Positions 62,690 to 64,000 of a stretch of DNA of 64,000 bases are shown in pieces (the stretch's first letter is position 1; every line of letters starts with the position of its first letter). This stretch comes from Mobula hypostoma. Taxonomy: Eukaryota. The stretch is from assembly GCF_963921235.1 (NCBI RefSeq), contig NC_086108.1:45262001-45326000 (forward strand), in the 5' to 3' direction. The notes beneath the pieces are model-generated. The model saw only the letters and a program-made list of their open reading frames with translations, ran no database searches and was not told the DNA's origin. The position numbers were made by a program, and so were the translations under genes.

Positions 62690-63492
62690 AGCCTGGTACA
62701 GCCGTTCCGATCTATTATTTTACTTACTTCTTCTTACTTTTAATTTACATTATTTTTTGTATTTTTTTCTCACGGTAACATGTCGAAGCTGCACCCTCTC
62801 TAATATGCTGTTAGAGAGAGTTTTATTTGGGTTTCCTTTAGCGCTGGAAATGGTTACATCCTGACATGTGGGACAGAAGCAAGGTCGCATTGTGTATTCC
62901 ACAGACCAGCAAATTCCGGTCGGCTTAGTGAACAGAGTGGCAGACACCCCTGCTGAAATCCGGAGGAAAACGCACAGAGGGGGATCACAAAGCCGAGGAA
63001 AGAGGACCGGGTTGAGACAACAGAGACTTTTGGAGAAGAGGAGTTCAGTGAGTAATACCGTTCCGCCTGACCGGAAGTGCACCGAGAGTGGTAAGCGGCG
63101 TGAAGGATTGGGGTGCTTACTGATCTGGCTAACAACGGATGGTGCAATCCGGGGTATATTACGATCGAGGAACGTGTTTGCAGACTGAATATTGAACTTC
63201 TTACTGTTGGACCTCGGCCACATTCCACCATGATACAACACTTGGCGGCACGGGAGGTCGTTCCTGCCTGTGGCCATCGAACGTGCAGCTCCTCCCGTGG
63301 AGGGTCAGGCACCCTGAGCCAATAGACTGGTCCTGGACTTATTTTCCATCTGACATAGTTTTGCATTTTGTTGTTTGATTGTTGGGGTTTTTTGTATTGC
63401 TATATTTATGCTCTATTCTTAGTTGGCGCGTCTGTAACGAAACCAAATTTCCCTCGGGATTTATAAAGTGTATCTATCTATCTATCTATCTA
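62690..63492 (+). mobile_element. Internally deleted non-autonomous derivative of the Rex1 family at 55249
   Basis: LINE-like N-terminal leader (GRIVYS.DQ..PAEIRRKTHRG) joined to a 3' end matching the reverse complement of 55266-55490; (TATC)n tail at 63470-63492. Confidence 0.75.
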
Positions 63493-64000
63493 TTTATCTC
63501 TTTACCCAAAACTGACCCGCAAAAACCTTAATATTTGCTTCAAGTTTAAACATATATTCCCATTGGACAGCATAGACAACTCAATAAACCTAATTAATCT
63601 CTGTGCTCTGCACCATGGAGTGAAAAAACATAATAGCTCCCCAACAGTGCAATACCTGAGATAGAGTCACTGAGTTTTTTCTGCTTCTGTACCTGGAAAC
63701 CAAAGTATTTTGTGCAACATCACAAAATGGTTGGGAATCATTGATGTTAAATCCAGTCTTTGATACTGCCACATAATTTTCTTCAAAATGAGTGTGGACC
63801 ACAAGGTGCTTCCAAACTTATAACAAGGTCATTTAGCAAAGAATAGCCATTGATTCCCCTCCAATTATCTCCCTCTACAAGATTCATTTCTTGTGGAGCG
63901 GATAAATATCTATCAAGCGGAGACCAATTATGAATGAATAAATAAACTTTTTTCAGGCTTCCAGCTGGGTATAGGTGTCGGTTTTAACCAACATTTCATT

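Noticed and set aside
62750..63366. 170-175 aa antisense ORFs
   Set aside because: They lie in a GC-rich LINE derivative where stops are rare.
63950..64000. Start of another Penelope-like terminal repeat, possibly with a hammerhead
   Set aside because: Cut off by the window edge and degenerate; the core cannot be seen.

Overview
Eukaryotic, repeat-rich, CpG-poor DNA with no prokaryotic gene layout. The repeat complement (abundant CR1 and Rex1/Babar LINEs, RTE, Penelope-like elements, Gypsy LTR relics, Tc1-type MITEs) suggests a vertebrate, most likely a cartilaginous fish; that assignment is inference. Most ORFs in the track are retroelement fragments or antisense noise. The standout is a minus-strand Gypsy LTR retrotransposon at about 49324-52365. 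Its RT/RNase H/integrase region has been replaced by an intronless, poly(A)-less copy of the host gene SUDS3 (SDS3, a Sin3-HDAC corepressor subunit), joined in frame to the end of the protease region and followed by a pol-like stop, a polypurine tract and a 3' LTR. Other notable signals are minimal hammerhead ribozyme motifs in Penelope-like repeats, a decayed HDV-like ribozyme fold at an RTE 5' end, chimeric and nested insertions with target-site duplications, and three phase-compatible candidate exons of an unidentified plus-strand host gene. Element family calls come from motif recognition, not database searches, and boundaries are approximate unless a TSD or terminal motif is given.
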